From positions 4,761 through 68,760 of the forward strand of contig JAHEGU010000010.1 in NCBI GenBank assembly GCA_024644945.1: a DNA stretch of 64,000 nucleotides. The letters run 5' to 3'. Position 1 is the first letter of the stretch. Each line of letters starts with the position of its first letter. The translations under genes were made by a program, and so were the position numbers. Origin of the DNA: Gammaproteobacteria bacterium. GTDB taxonomy: Bacteria; Pseudomonadota; Gammaproteobacteria; Arenicellales; Poriferihabitantaceae. Under the pieces are notes generated by a model. It searched no databases, had not been told where the DNA came from, and saw only the letters and a program-made list of their open reading frames with translations. This document shows positions 49,601 to 57,980 of the stretch, one piece after another.

Positions 49601-50094
49601 TGTAGGTAGTTAATTTTGCTGCCAACAACAATGGCTTGTTGCAGCTTCAGCCATTCGGGCAGTTGAATTGGTTGTCTTTCCCGACCGCCCCGTTGACTCG
49701 GTTTTACCAGATTGAATGCGCCATCACCGTTTCGTTCTACCCATAGCTGAGCACCAACAATCTTCGCATTCTGAACTATGATCTGTCCAAGTAACAATTC
49801 CACTACTGACAGGTCGATTTCAATGCGCTTAGCAGTGAACGCCGAGGCTCGGCTGGCCCATTCCGCGTTCTCATAACGCACCCCTTCAGCGTAAAATTTT
49901 AATCCCAATCCCGGCTGCAGTCCTATTCCCCCTTCTACTTGCAGGTGACGACCGGTTCTACTGTATACCCAGTCGTCCAGTGTGGTTTTAATATCCTGTT
50001 GCTCGAGCAGAAACGAACCAACCACGGGCACTACAACTGCAACCGTCATGGCTACAACTAACAGTTCGAATATCCATTTAACAAGAGACCGCAT
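46612..50094 (-). CDS. AsmA-family (AsmA/YhdP-like) large envelope protein
   Basis: 1160 aa with a single N-terminal TM anchor (IFELLVVAMTVAVVVPVVGSFLL). The body is long, beta-rich and repetitive. The C-terminal segment GKAITRNGLALKTDRVTVLGGGEISFPDEEVELVIAPKP resembles the AsmA_2 C-terminal region. Confidence 0.7.
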   Translation of the reverse strand: MRSLVKWIFELLVVAMTVAVVVPVVGSFLLEQQDIKTTLDDWVYSRTGRHLQVEGGIGLQPGLGLKFYAEGVRYENAEWASRASAFTAKRIEIDLSVVELLLGQIIVQNAKIVGAQLWVERNGDGAFNLVKPSQRGGRERQPIQLPEWLKLQQAIVVGSKINYLHPKRDWEINLDNVLLSSDGRDQPIEIKADGSLEGVQTNIVGSLGTIRTLFARSPSEADLRATMAASGRISAQGTVQDVLAWSGIDATLKASIDRLRYLSALFPKQPLDISNIEAMARFYQPETASSMELQSIEGDFSLWGIELDLSGKVEKLSRLERIELQIGADSSFDVRKISQSWSFAPPLNAQIDATLRGESGDLTLDLAVATVKTDFMTLTAPGEILDLTGTWQQPLPIRLELNDLSALGQSVGKSWPAAGLITGKADLHRTDGSFSLEDISVSNLEAPISLQGEGYLRHIGLDQQGRLTVAARASSRFFEDNKAVLPGSPLIPEPETFEIESEILVGGQNVRMTIVTAETTGPGYFAQGSGEIPNLQNPGRLEIKFDGEMIDEIKLGEALDVYLPRIGPVAFSAKLVGEGEGIWNLEELVARTTTGAGRLHVDGSIDNIGPGSQAYLPFALETRTSELIATLPGMDALKPLQEESAAIRVSGNLLSQSRSVWSIEQLQAQTSWNGAKVSISGDIDRLQPIQGLLEVHILGEPDRLPAIAAQYNIPQVEELDVRFSVALPAENQIRDIDASVSLSGSELKVKGAALELVPLKADKFSVRLQADDLAELIPFEHNIAPENELNADLVLTLNPQGLSATGKVEAGDSIASGSVFWTDTENGRPILNVDAKAERLDLKTLFVVEKRRGRIFSNDSLVPQWMQKIDGKILLEINSFRNNFIAMKDFNTTTIFNRGELRLHFGSVTGESIIKGLARIHPLGQSEIQLKAKQVPVQSIQSLAEGDLFLGGTFDADISLTGLGSSLGELARTGNGAIKLEISGSRIQSNTLDTIGGDLLTNVLTAVNPYSAREDFVEVECGVIHFDIQNGKAITRNGLALKTDRVTVLGGGEISFPDEEVELVIAPKPRKGFGISPSTVAKMTRVGGTLSDLDIEADMEGFLQSGAAIGAAIFSSGLSLVAQGLLDRQRANSEVCDIARGEIDPDRDRILDKVADEDKK

Positions 50095-50190
50095 CGGGCT
50101 TACGGTCCACTAATACGATGTAACGAAAAAAAAAGCATCACTCAGGCTTCGTAGGCTAAGTCTGGAAGCTCAGATGAGAAAAATTCTGAA

Positions 50191-51132
50191 ATGGTGGGAT
50201 ACAATTGCGACATGAACTCTAACATTCAAATTGTCAGCTTGACTGAGCAACCCGAGCTACTGCAAAACAAGAGGCCTCTCTTGGGTAAAAAACGTAATTT
50301 CGATAAAACAAGAAAGCGTCTTCGACGTAACGTGGGGCGCGCTATCGAAGATTATCATATGATTGAAGATGGTGATCGGATCATGGTATGCCTGTCGGGG
50401 GGAAAAGATTCTTATACGATGTTGGATATCTTACTCGATCTGCAGAAGAAGGCACCTGTCAGATTCGAACTGGTTGCAGTCAACATGGATCAGCAGCAAC
50501 CCGGGTTTCCCCAACATATACTGCCGAGATATCTGTCGGATATTGGCGTCCCCTTCGAGGTAATCAATAAAGACACATACAGTGTTGTCAAACGGGTAAT
50601 ACCGGAGGGCAAAACCATGTGTGGCCTGTGCTCCCGGTTACGCCGGGGAAATCTATACGGATACGCGAAAAAGAACGGCTTTAATAAGATTGCCCTGGGA
50701 CACCATAAAGACGACATCATCGAAACCTTATTCCTCAATCTGTTTAATGGCGGAAAATTGGCTGCTATGCCGCCGAAACTTCGAAGTGATGACGGTGCAC
50801 ATATTGTCATTCGACCCCTCGCATATTGCGACGAACAGGACATAGAGCGATACGCCAATGCGATGCAGTTTCCGATCATCCCGTGCACCCTGTGCGGTTC
50901 TCAGGAACACCTTCAGCGGAAGCAAATCAAAACCATGCTTAAACAATGGCGTCAGCACCCCGGTCGCGTGGAAAATATTTTCCGCGCAATCTGTAATGTT
51001 GCGCCATCTCAACTGGGCGACACCACTTTATTTAACTTCGACCAATTTTACCGAATCGGGGAACAATCAAACGAACATATTGAACCTAAAAATGAACCCT
51101 GGATTGATGTAAAAACCCAAAATGGCAAATAA
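50191..51132 (+). CDS. ttcA: tRNA 2-thiocytidine(32) synthetase
   Basis: [40 protein letters not shown] (PP-loop SGGKDS). Cys motifs [10 protein letters not shown] and CTLCGSQ. An alternative start is ATG 50209 (MNSNIQ...). Confidence 0.93.
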   Translation: MVGYNCDMNSNIQIVSLTEQPELLQNKRPLLGKKRNFDKTRKRLRRNVGRAIEDYHMIEDGDRIMVCLSGGKDSYTMLDILLDLQKKAPVRFELVAVNMDQQQPGFPQHILPRYLSDIGVPFEVINKDTYSVVKRVIPEGKTMCGLCSRLRRGNLYGYAKKNGFNKIALGHHKDDIIETLFLNLFNGGKLAAMPPKLRSDDGAHIVIRPLAYCDEQDIERYANAMQFPIIPCTLCGSQEHLQRKQIKTMLKQWRQHPGRVENIFRAICNVAPSQLGDTTLFNFDQFYRIGEQSNEHIEPKNEPWIDVKTQNGK

Positions 51133-51172
51133 GCTTAATTCGCTATTCGCCCAGCCATGACTGAATCACTGC

Positions 51173-52342
51173 TTATAGTGTACTCAGTGAGGCCACCATT
51201 TTTTCAATCTCTTCCTCGGTATTGAAATAGTGGACGGAAGCCCTCGCAACGGAGTCAATTCCCCGCCGTTGAAAATCCACTAAACTGCCAGGGCCCGCGC
51301 ATGCCCAGATATTAATTTTATGCTGGTTGAGAAATCTGCGAATTTCTACTGGAGTGTGCCCCTCCAGTGTAAACGTAACGATACCACTTCGATGCGCCCC
51401 GTTATCGTGCAGTGAAACGCCTGAAACAGTATGCAATTTTTCCCGGCAATAGGTGCCAAGTTTAATGATTCGTTGCTCAACGTTTTTTGCTCCAATTTGA
51501 TTAAAATATTTCAACGCGTTACCGAATCCAATTCGGGCGCCAAATCCTACTTCGAAATTTTCAAATCGTTTTGCTGAATCAAGCAATTCATACTGATCAC
51601 TTCCCCGTAACACTACACCACGTTGATCAAGCCAACCTGGTTCGATATTTGCCAGCACATTTTCATCGACGTATAAAAATCCCGTGCCTCTAGGGCCACG
51701 CAAATATTTCCGGCCGGTGACAGACAGAGCGCTGCACCCAATCTGCTTTACATCCACATCAATTTGCCCTATTGATTGGCAAGCGTCCAGCAAATAGGGT
51801 ACCCCCGCCGATTTAGCGATCTGGCCTACTTGAGCTGCCGGGTTAATAATACCGTTGGCGGTAGGGATATGACTTAAGGAAACCAGTCGCGCCCGGTCGT
51901 CGATTTCGCGCTCCATGGCGACCAGATCAATGTCACCATTTGAGTCGGTTTCGATAACCACCACTTCAACCCCAAGACGGTTGTGTTGCTGGATGAATCC
52001 CACAAAGTTGCTTCCATAATCTAGCTGAGTGGTAATGATTCGATCACCGCGCTTGAACGGGATACTGTAGAAAAAAAGCTGCCAGGCCTTTGTTGCACTC
52101 TCGCAGAAAGCTATTTCTGCAGGACTGGCGTTAATCGACCGGGCAGCCTGGACGTAGAAATCAGCAGTCTGTTCAACGTACTCCAGGACAGTTTCATAGC
52201 CGCCTATTTCCTGCTCTCGTTGCAGATACTCCAACATGGCCCGGTAAGCCGATGTCGGCATTAGGGAAGCGCCTGCGTTATTAAAATGCGTAAGAAATTT
52301 CACGGCAGGTGTATCCGCCCTGACTTGATCAATATCAATCAT
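51173..52342 (-). CDS. Aminotransferase class V-fold PLP-dependent enzyme (cysteine-desulfurase-like)
   Basis: 389 aa. It has the class-V pattern: FNNAGASLMP, LSHIPTANG, LLDACQSIGQIDVDV, and SVTGRKYLRGPRGTGFLYV with the putative PLP lysine. Confidence 0.75.
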   Translation of the reverse strand: MIDIDQVRADTPAVKFLTHFNNAGASLMPTSAYRAMLEYLQREQEIGGYETVLEYVEQTADFYVQAARSINASPAEIAFCESATKAWQLFFYSIPFKRGDRIITTQLDYGSNFVGFIQQHNRLGVEVVVIETDSNGDIDLVAMEREIDDRARLVSLSHIPTANGIINPAAQVGQIAKSAGVPYLLDACQSIGQIDVDVKQIGCSALSVTGRKYLRGPRGTGFLYVDENVLANIEPGWLDQRGVVLRGSDQYELLDSAKRFENFEVGFGARIGFGNALKYFNQIGAKNVEQRIIKLGTYCREKLHTVSGVSLHDNGAHRSGIVTFTLEGHTPVEIRRFLNQHKINIWACAGPGSLVDFQRRGIDSVARASVHYFNTEEEIEKMVASLSTL

Positions 52343-52350
52343 GTCCTTGA

Positions 52351-52677
52351 CTATTCTTCCAGTTTCTTCTTAAGACGGTCTAGCAACTCTCTTTGCGATT
52401 GGAATTTCTGCTGCATAGCGATTCGCTCCTTTTCCGCAGAGTCCACTGAGTTTTGTAAAGATTCATAAGCAATTCGATCGGTCTGAATCTGCCTCTTCAC
52501 CAGGTCCAGAGTTTGCTCAAGCCGCTGGTTGCGCTGCGTCAGACGATTATTTTGTGTAACTAATTGTTGGTTACTCTTTTCAAGCGCTTCAACCCCGTCA
52601 TCGCTCGGCATAGCAAGAAAATAACCGACTCCAAAGGCAAACATTATAAGCCCGGCTTGCAGAAATTTAGCCAGCAT
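52351..52677 (-). CDS. Small membrane-anchored coiled-coil protein (unknown function)
   Basis: 108 aa. An N-terminal TM segment (FLQAGLIMFAFGVGYFLAM) is followed by a heptad-rich Q/L/R region (LVTQNNRLTQRNQRLEQTLDLVKRQIQ...). Its start overlaps the argC stop by one base (TGATG). Confidence 0.6.
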   Translation of the reverse strand: MLAKFLQAGLIMFAFGVGYFLAMPSDDGVEALEKSNQQLVTQNNRLTQRNQRLEQTLDLVKRQIQTDRIAYESLQNSVDSAEKERIAMQQKFQSQRELLDRLKKKLEE

Positions 52678-53714
52678 CAGGGCACCAGCGCGACTTGAGT
52701 AAGGCCGGCAGTTTCTTCCAGATCAAACATCAAGTTCATGTTTTGTACAGCCTGCCCGGATGCGCCTTTGACCAGATTGTCCTCTACTGCAAGCACTACC
52801 ACTTTGTCACCGCCCTGGGGCCTGTGCACAGAAATACGGCAGGTATTCGTACCCTTTACACTTGCGGTATCCGGGTGGGAGCCAGCGGGCATGACGTCAA
52901 CAAATGGTTCATCAGCATAACGCCGCTCGAACATATTCTGTAAATCCAGCTCTTTTGTTGTCAGGGTTGCGTATAACGTGGCATGAATTCCACGGACAAG
53001 CGGCAGCAAATGCGGCGTAAACACTAACTCTACGGGTGCACCGTTTGCCCATTCCAGACCTTGTCTAATCTCAGGCAGATGGCGGTGGCCAGATACATTG
53101 TACGCTTTGAACGATTCTCCAATTTCGCTAAATGAAGTGCCGAGCGCAGCTGTGCGACCGGCTCCGGAAACTCCTGATTTAGCATCCGCAATTAAGGAAG
53201 TAACATCCACCACTCCCGATTCGATTAATGGCAAGAAACCAAGCTGGACCGCGGTCGGATAACATCCCGGATTGGCGACCAGGCTGGCTCCTCGAATTTT
53301 GTCTCTATGCATCTCAGGGAATCCGTACACCGCCTGTTCAATCAGTTCAGGACATGCATGTTTCATTCCATACCACTGCTCCCAGATCTCAACATTTTTG
53401 ATCCGGAAATCGGCGGCCAAATCGATCAGTTTGACACCGGCAGCTAAGAATTCTCTCGCATGTTGCATAGCCACCCCGTTCGGGGTTGCACTAAACACAA
53501 CATCACATCTCTTCAGCTCTTCACTTCCCGGGTCACTGAAATTGAGGTCTACCACTCCTCGTAAAGACGGATAAGTATTACTTACTGGTTGGCCCACCTC
53601 ACTACGAGAGGTAATACAGACGAGGTTGACCCTCGGATGTTGGGTCAGTATTCGCAACAGCTCAATGCCGGTATAACCGGTACCACCAACAATCCCTGCT
53701 TTAATTTTATTCAT
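52677..53714 (-). CDS. argC: N-acetyl-gamma-glutamyl-phosphate reductase
   Basis: [26 protein letters not shown] site and catalytic Cys in [10 protein letters not shown]. The track ORF begins 17 codons upstream (53765). ATG 53714 matches the family N-terminus. Confidence 0.95.
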   Translation of the reverse strand: MNKIKAGIVGGTGYTGIELLRILTQHPRVNLVCITSRSEVGQPVSNTYPSLRGVVDLNFSDPGSEELKRCDVVFSATPNGVAMQHAREFLAAGVKLIDLAADFRIKNVEIWEQWYGMKHACPELIEQAVYGFPEMHRDKIRGASLVANPGCYPTAVQLGFLPLIESGVVDVTSLIADAKSGVSGAGRTAALGTSFSEIGESFKAYNVSGHRHLPEIRQGLEWANGAPVELVFTPHLLPLVRGIHATLYATLTTKELDLQNMFERRYADEPFVDVMPAGSHPDTASVKGTNTCRISVHRPQGGDKVVVLAVEDNLVKGASGQAVQNMNLMFDLEETAGLTQVALVP

Positions 53715-53785
53715 GAGCAAGCTTGATTTAGCCAATCGAATGGAAATCGTTACAATAGCGCTCAAGTTTAACCCAGCTCACGATT

Positions 53786-55243
53786 TTGCAGAAACATTCG
53801 TTACTTGCCGACCTTGTAGATATTCGGGATCAAATCGCCCGTGATCAGGAAACCAGCCGTGAACAGCTGCAGCACAGGGACCGAAAAATTGGACTCGAAA
53901 ATGATCGTCCGCTTTCTGCCGGGGGAACTCGCTTACGACGCTGGATCAATGTAATTAGAGAACAGGAAGGTCTTTCGAATTCTCAGGTCAGTTCGGGTAT
54001 CAAAGCGCAACAGACCATCAACATCGTTATCACGCTCCTCTGGTTACTAGGTGCAATTTGCGGATGGATACTGACGCAAGCAGTACTCTTTTATGATGGA
54101 AATCAGCCAGTCAATATCATAAGCGCCCTGTTAGTATTGGTTTGCAGCCAACTTTTCACTCTCCTGTTGCTGCTTGTTTTCAGCCTGCTAGGTTTACCAG
54201 GCGTTCTTCGGTCGCTCTCCGTATTCAATCCTGCAGCGTTGCTGTTGGGTCTACTAAAACGGATTAACTCAGATCGTCTCGAAGCTATCTCAAAGTTAAT
54301 TTCAAGTACAGCCATTACTGGCACGGCTGCTTTGCGACAGCGTCTTATTGTGTATCTGGCGCAACATTTTACCGTTGCCCTGAATCTGGGAATAATCGCA
54401 GCATTGCTTTACCTGGTCGCGGTATCTGACCTTGCATTTGGTTGGAATACGACATTAGAAGTTGATACACACAGTGTAGCCAGATGGTTTGAGGGAATAT
54501 CCTGGCCGTGGCAGTCCTTGGTGCCGGCCGCAGTCCCCGACATACAGCTGGTGGAGACCAGCCGATACTATCGGCTGCAAGGACAATTACGGAACGGAGA
54601 TTGGCAGGCTGAACAACTCGGGAGTTGGTGGATTTACATACTCATGTGCGTGTTGGTTTATGGTCTTCTTCCAAGGCTTTTGGCTTTAATCATCAGCGGT
54701 GTCCAGTACGATCGGGCAGTATCGGGCGCAATGACCTCAGCATCAGGTGCCAATCAGATACTGGCGCGCATGAGTTCCCCGCTTGTCAGCACCATCGCCG
54801 AAGGCGAAGATGATTCTGCGATAATAAAAAACGTTCGGCCACCCTTGACCAGGAGACAATCAGGAAGAGATCTTCCTTGTTTGGTAATTGAGTGGTCTGA
54901 AGCACGATCGAGTACTGACAAACTGACCGCGGTGGGAATAGAACCTCTGCAGTACTTCAGCGCCGGAGGTCATCAAACTCTCGCAGAAGACCGCAATATG
55001 GTCGTCCATATCGCCTCCCATAATCCACAAGGCATAGCCGTAGTAGTCAAATCCTGGGAGCCGCCACTGCTGGAATTCCTCGATTTCCTGCGCAGCCTGC
55101 GCGGGCGATTAGACAAGACCTGCCCGCTGATCGTGTTACTGACAGCCATATCTGGCGAACAGGTCGAGGCCTACCAATTAGAAAGCTGGGAGGCGAGCCT
55201 GGCTGATTTATCCGATCCTGCACTCTACGTGGAGCCGCTTTGA
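53786..55243 (+). CDS. DUF2868-like polytopic membrane protein
   Basis: TTG start. The N-terminal ~95 aa are soluble, four long hydrophobic helices follow, and the C-terminal ~170 aa are soluble. It is paired with the downstream GTPase, as I recall for DUF2868/DUF3482 pairs in beta- and gammaproteobacteria. Confidence 0.6.
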   Translation: MQKHSLLADLVDIRDQIARDQETSREQLQHRDRKIGLENDRPLSAGGTRLRRWINVIREQEGLSNSQVSSGIKAQQTINIVITLLWLLGAICGWILTQAVLFYDGNQPVNIISALLVLVCSQLFTLLLLLVFSLLGLPGVLRSLSVFNPAALLLGLLKRINSDRLEAISKLISSTAITGTAALRQRLIVYLAQHFTVALNLGIIAALLYLVAVSDLAFGWNTTLEVDTHSVARWFEGISWPWQSLVPAAVPDIQLVETSRYYRLQGQLRNGDWQAEQLGSWWIYILMCVLVYGLLPRLLALIISGVQYDRAVSGAMTSASGANQILARMSSPLVSTIAEGEDDSAIIKNVRPPLTRRQSGRDLPCLVIEWSEARSSTDKLTAVGIEPLQYFSAGGHQTLAEDRNMVVHIASHNPQGIAVVVKSWEPPLLEFLDFLRSLRGRLDKTCPLIVLLTAISGEQVEAYQLESWEASLADLSDPALYVEPL

Positions 55244-56682
55244 TGGAAGCTCAAATACCTGTGTTTGCCATCGTCGGACACCCTAATAAAGGCAAAAGTA
55301 GCATTGTATCCACTCTTGCCCAAGACTCGAGCGTCAGCGTTTCTCCCTTATCAGGCACTACCGTACACTGTCGAACCTACCCTATGCGGGTCGATGGAAA
55401 AGAGCTTTACAGATTGATAGACACACCAGGATTCCAGCGTGCCAGAGCGGCGATGGACTGGATGCAGCGGCACTCTGCCTCAGCCTCGGATCACGTCGAA
55501 GTTGTTGGTAAATTTGTCGAGAAACATCGTAACCATCAACATTTTTCTTCAGAGTGTGAACTACTGACCCCAATTCTTGCGGGCGCAGGCATTCTATATG
55601 TAATTGATGGATCGATTCCCTATGGCCCGGAATACGACGCGGAAATGGAAATACTGCGTTGGACCGGCCAACCCAGTATGGCGTTGATCAATCAGATCGG
55701 CAAAGCTGAGTATTTCGAACAATGGCAGCAACCCCTGTCCCAGTATTTCAAGATTGTGCGCGTATTTAATGCGCAAACTGCAAGCTTTGATCGCCAGATT
55801 CAGCTGCTCACTGGATTTTCTGAACTCTCCGACGATTGGCACCAGCCTCTCCGACAGGCAGCAGATCAACTACGAGCCCAGCGCCGGCATCGCTTGAACC
55901 TGTCTGCCAGGTGTATCACAGAGGGCCTGGTAAACATAATGCAGGCGAGCGAAAGGTCAAATCTAAGCAACAAAGATGATCAAGTGGAAATTGATAAATC
56001 GATAGAAGAATTTCAGAGAAAATTAATAAAAATGGAAAGCCGCATGAGGAGCGAAGTCGAGTCATATTTCAATTACCACAGACTAGAGCGCGAAGAGGCT
56101 GCGCTCGGGATCGCATCAGAGGATCTTTTTTCCGAACGCACTTGGAAGCTTTTTGGCCTGAGTCGAGATCAGTTGGTCACCACAGGTATGATTGGCGGAG
56201 CGGCAGGAGGAAGTTTACTCGATATTGGCTCCGGGGGATTGACCATGTTTTTGGGTTCTGGTCTTGGCGCCATCATTGGAGGTGCCAGCGCCTGGTTCGG
56301 CGCTAAACAGTTGATCGGCACTCGAATTCTTGGACTGCCAATGGGTGGTCACCAGGTGGTGGTAGGACCAATTACAAATCTGAATTTTCCGTGGGTGCTT
56401 CTCGGGCGCGCGATTACCCATTTAAAACTGGTTAGTCAACGCACCCACGCAATGCGCGACCAGCTTGAGATTACTCATAGCACTGGATCAGATATTGTGT
56501 CGAACATTCCGTCCGCCCAACGCAGAGCGATTCAACGGATATTTACCAGCGCCACAAAAGGTCACGCTGTTAAAGAAGCAGAACTCTCTCGAATGGTGGA
56601 AACAATTGTTAGCCTAGTCGCTACGGATCCAGACTCTATGAAACAGGATAAATCCTCAGAGGCCTCGCTAGACACCATTTGA
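55243..56682 (+). CDS. GTPase with DUF3482-like coiled-coil and glycine-zipper C-terminal region
   Basis: G1 is VGHPNKGKSSIVS and G3 is IDTPGF. The G4 position reads LINQIGK and is non-canonical. Charged coiled-coil middle. C-terminal GMIGGAAGGSLLDIGSGGLTMFLGSGLGAIIGGASAWFG. The ATG at 55243 shares one base with the upstream stop (TGATG). The track lists TTG 55240. Confidence 0.65.
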   Translation: MEAQIPVFAIVGHPNKGKSSIVSTLAQDSSVSVSPLSGTTVHCRTYPMRVDGKELYRLIDTPGFQRARAAMDWMQRHSASASDHVEVVGKFVEKHRNHQHFSSECELLTPILAGAGILYVIDGSIPYGPEYDAEMEILRWTGQPSMALINQIGKAEYFEQWQQPLSQYFKIVRVFNAQTASFDRQIQLLTGFSELSDDWHQPLRQAADQLRAQRRHRLNLSARCITEGLVNIMQASERSNLSNKDDQVEIDKSIEEFQRKLIKMESRMRSEVESYFNYHRLEREEAALGIASEDLFSERTWKLFGLSRDQLVTTGMIGGAAGGSLLDIGSGGLTMFLGSGLGAIIGGASAWFGAKQLIGTRILGLPMGGHQVVVGPITNLNFPWVLLGRAITHLKLVSQRTHAMRDQLEITHSTGSDIVSNIPSAQRRAIQRIFTSATKGHAVKEAELSRMVETIVSLVATDPDSMKQDKSSEASLDTI

Positions 56683-56820
56683 AAATCACGGATAGATTAA
56701 ATCGAACCGCATCGTCTCGGCCGAATTGTCTCGACTCGTGCCGCACCGATTGGACCCTCCTTGGATTCCATAGGTTGCCTGTGCAACGTGAAATCCAGCA
56801 GAAGTTCGTCCAAATTCTGC

Positions 56821-57939
56821 TCAAAAAGCCAGTAATTCGGTATCAATCTCCGCACTGCTTTTCTTATCGGACTCAGGCCCCTCAAGCTTTATTCTGAGTC
56901 TCAAGTTGTTTTCTGATTCCGCGTTACGCAATGCTTCTTCGGCAGTAATCAGTTGTTGCGAGTAGAGATTGAACAGGGCTTGATCAAAAGTTTGCAGACC
57001 GAGTTCCTCAGAACGTTCAATGACATCAGGAATTTTATGCAGTTCACCACGCTGAATAATGTCAGCAATTAAAGGCGTATTGATCATCACCTCGACCGCC
57101 GCAACCCGGCCCTGGCCGTCTGCAGTCGGGATAAGCCGTTGTGATACCAGCGCATGCAGGTTCATGGATAAATCCATTAACAATTGAGCTTTTCGGCCTT
57201 CAGGGAAAAAATTTATAATACGATCGAGTGCCTGGTAAGTGTTGTTTGCATGCAATGTTGCCATACATAAGTGGCCTGTCTCCGCAAATACGATAGCATT
57301 ATGCATGGTATCAGCATCGCGGATTTCTCCGATCTGTATCACGTCGGGCGCCTGTCGCATTGAGTTTTTCAGTGCAATGGCAAATGAATCAGTATCAATA
57401 CCCACCTCACGCTGGCTAATCAAAGATTTTCGATGTGGATGAATAAATTCAATAGGGTCTTCAATAGTGATAATGTGGTCATGTGAGCGCGCATTTCGAT
57501 GACCAACCATCGCCGCCTGGGTAGTACTTTTACCGGTGCCGGTTCCACCCACCATGATTATCAGCCCACGTTTCTGCATCGCAATCTTTGGCATGATCGG
57601 GGGCAGCTTTAATTCTTCGATGGTTGGAATCTTGATATTGATCTTGCGCATCACCATTCCGACGTTGCCTCTTTGCACAAAAACATTGACCCGGAATCGA
57701 CCAATTTTTGGCGGATGTATGGCGAAATTAGATTCTTTGGTCGCTTCAAAACCACGACGCTGTTCTTCGTTCATAATCGAATAAGCAAATTCGCGAGTAT
57801 CGTCATGATTCAATACATCCGAGTTTATTGCCCTTATCGACCCATTAACTTTGACACTAATCGGCGCACTGGTTGTTATAAATGCATCTGAGGCATCGAG
57901 CCGAACCATGAGTTCGAGTAAATCAACTAGTTCTAACAT
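56821..57939 (-). CDS. pilU: Type IV pilus retraction ATPase PilU
   Basis: PilT-family ATPase: Walker A GGTGTGKSTT, IITIEDPIEF, IQIGEIRD, GHLCMATLHAN. 372 aa. It lies directly downstream of pilT, as in P. aeruginosa. Confidence 0.9.
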   Translation of the reverse strand: MLELVDLLELMVRLDASDAFITTSAPISVKVNGSIRAINSDVLNHDDTREFAYSIMNEEQRRGFEATKESNFAIHPPKIGRFRVNVFVQRGNVGMVMRKINIKIPTIEELKLPPIMPKIAMQKRGLIIMVGGTGTGKSTTQAAMVGHRNARSHDHIITIEDPIEFIHPHRKSLISQREVGIDTDSFAIALKNSMRQAPDVIQIGEIRDADTMHNAIVFAETGHLCMATLHANNTYQALDRIINFFPEGRKAQLLMDLSMNLHALVSQRLIPTADGQGRVAAVEVMINTPLIADIIQRGELHKIPDVIERSEELGLQTFDQALFNLYSQQLITAEEALRNAESENNLRLRIKLEGPESDKKSSAEIDTELLAF

Positions 57940-57980
57940 GACATCTAACCTTATCTATAATATTAAATTACAACCCCACT

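Noticed and set aside
56679-56897. Small ORFs (62-72 aa, both strands) in and around the 138-nt gap between the GTPase gene and pilU.
   Set aside because: They overlap each other and the pilU 3' end, and they have no ribosome-binding sites or motifs. The only structure is a weak 6-bp hairpin (GCAGAA-N11-TTCTGC) without a U-tract.
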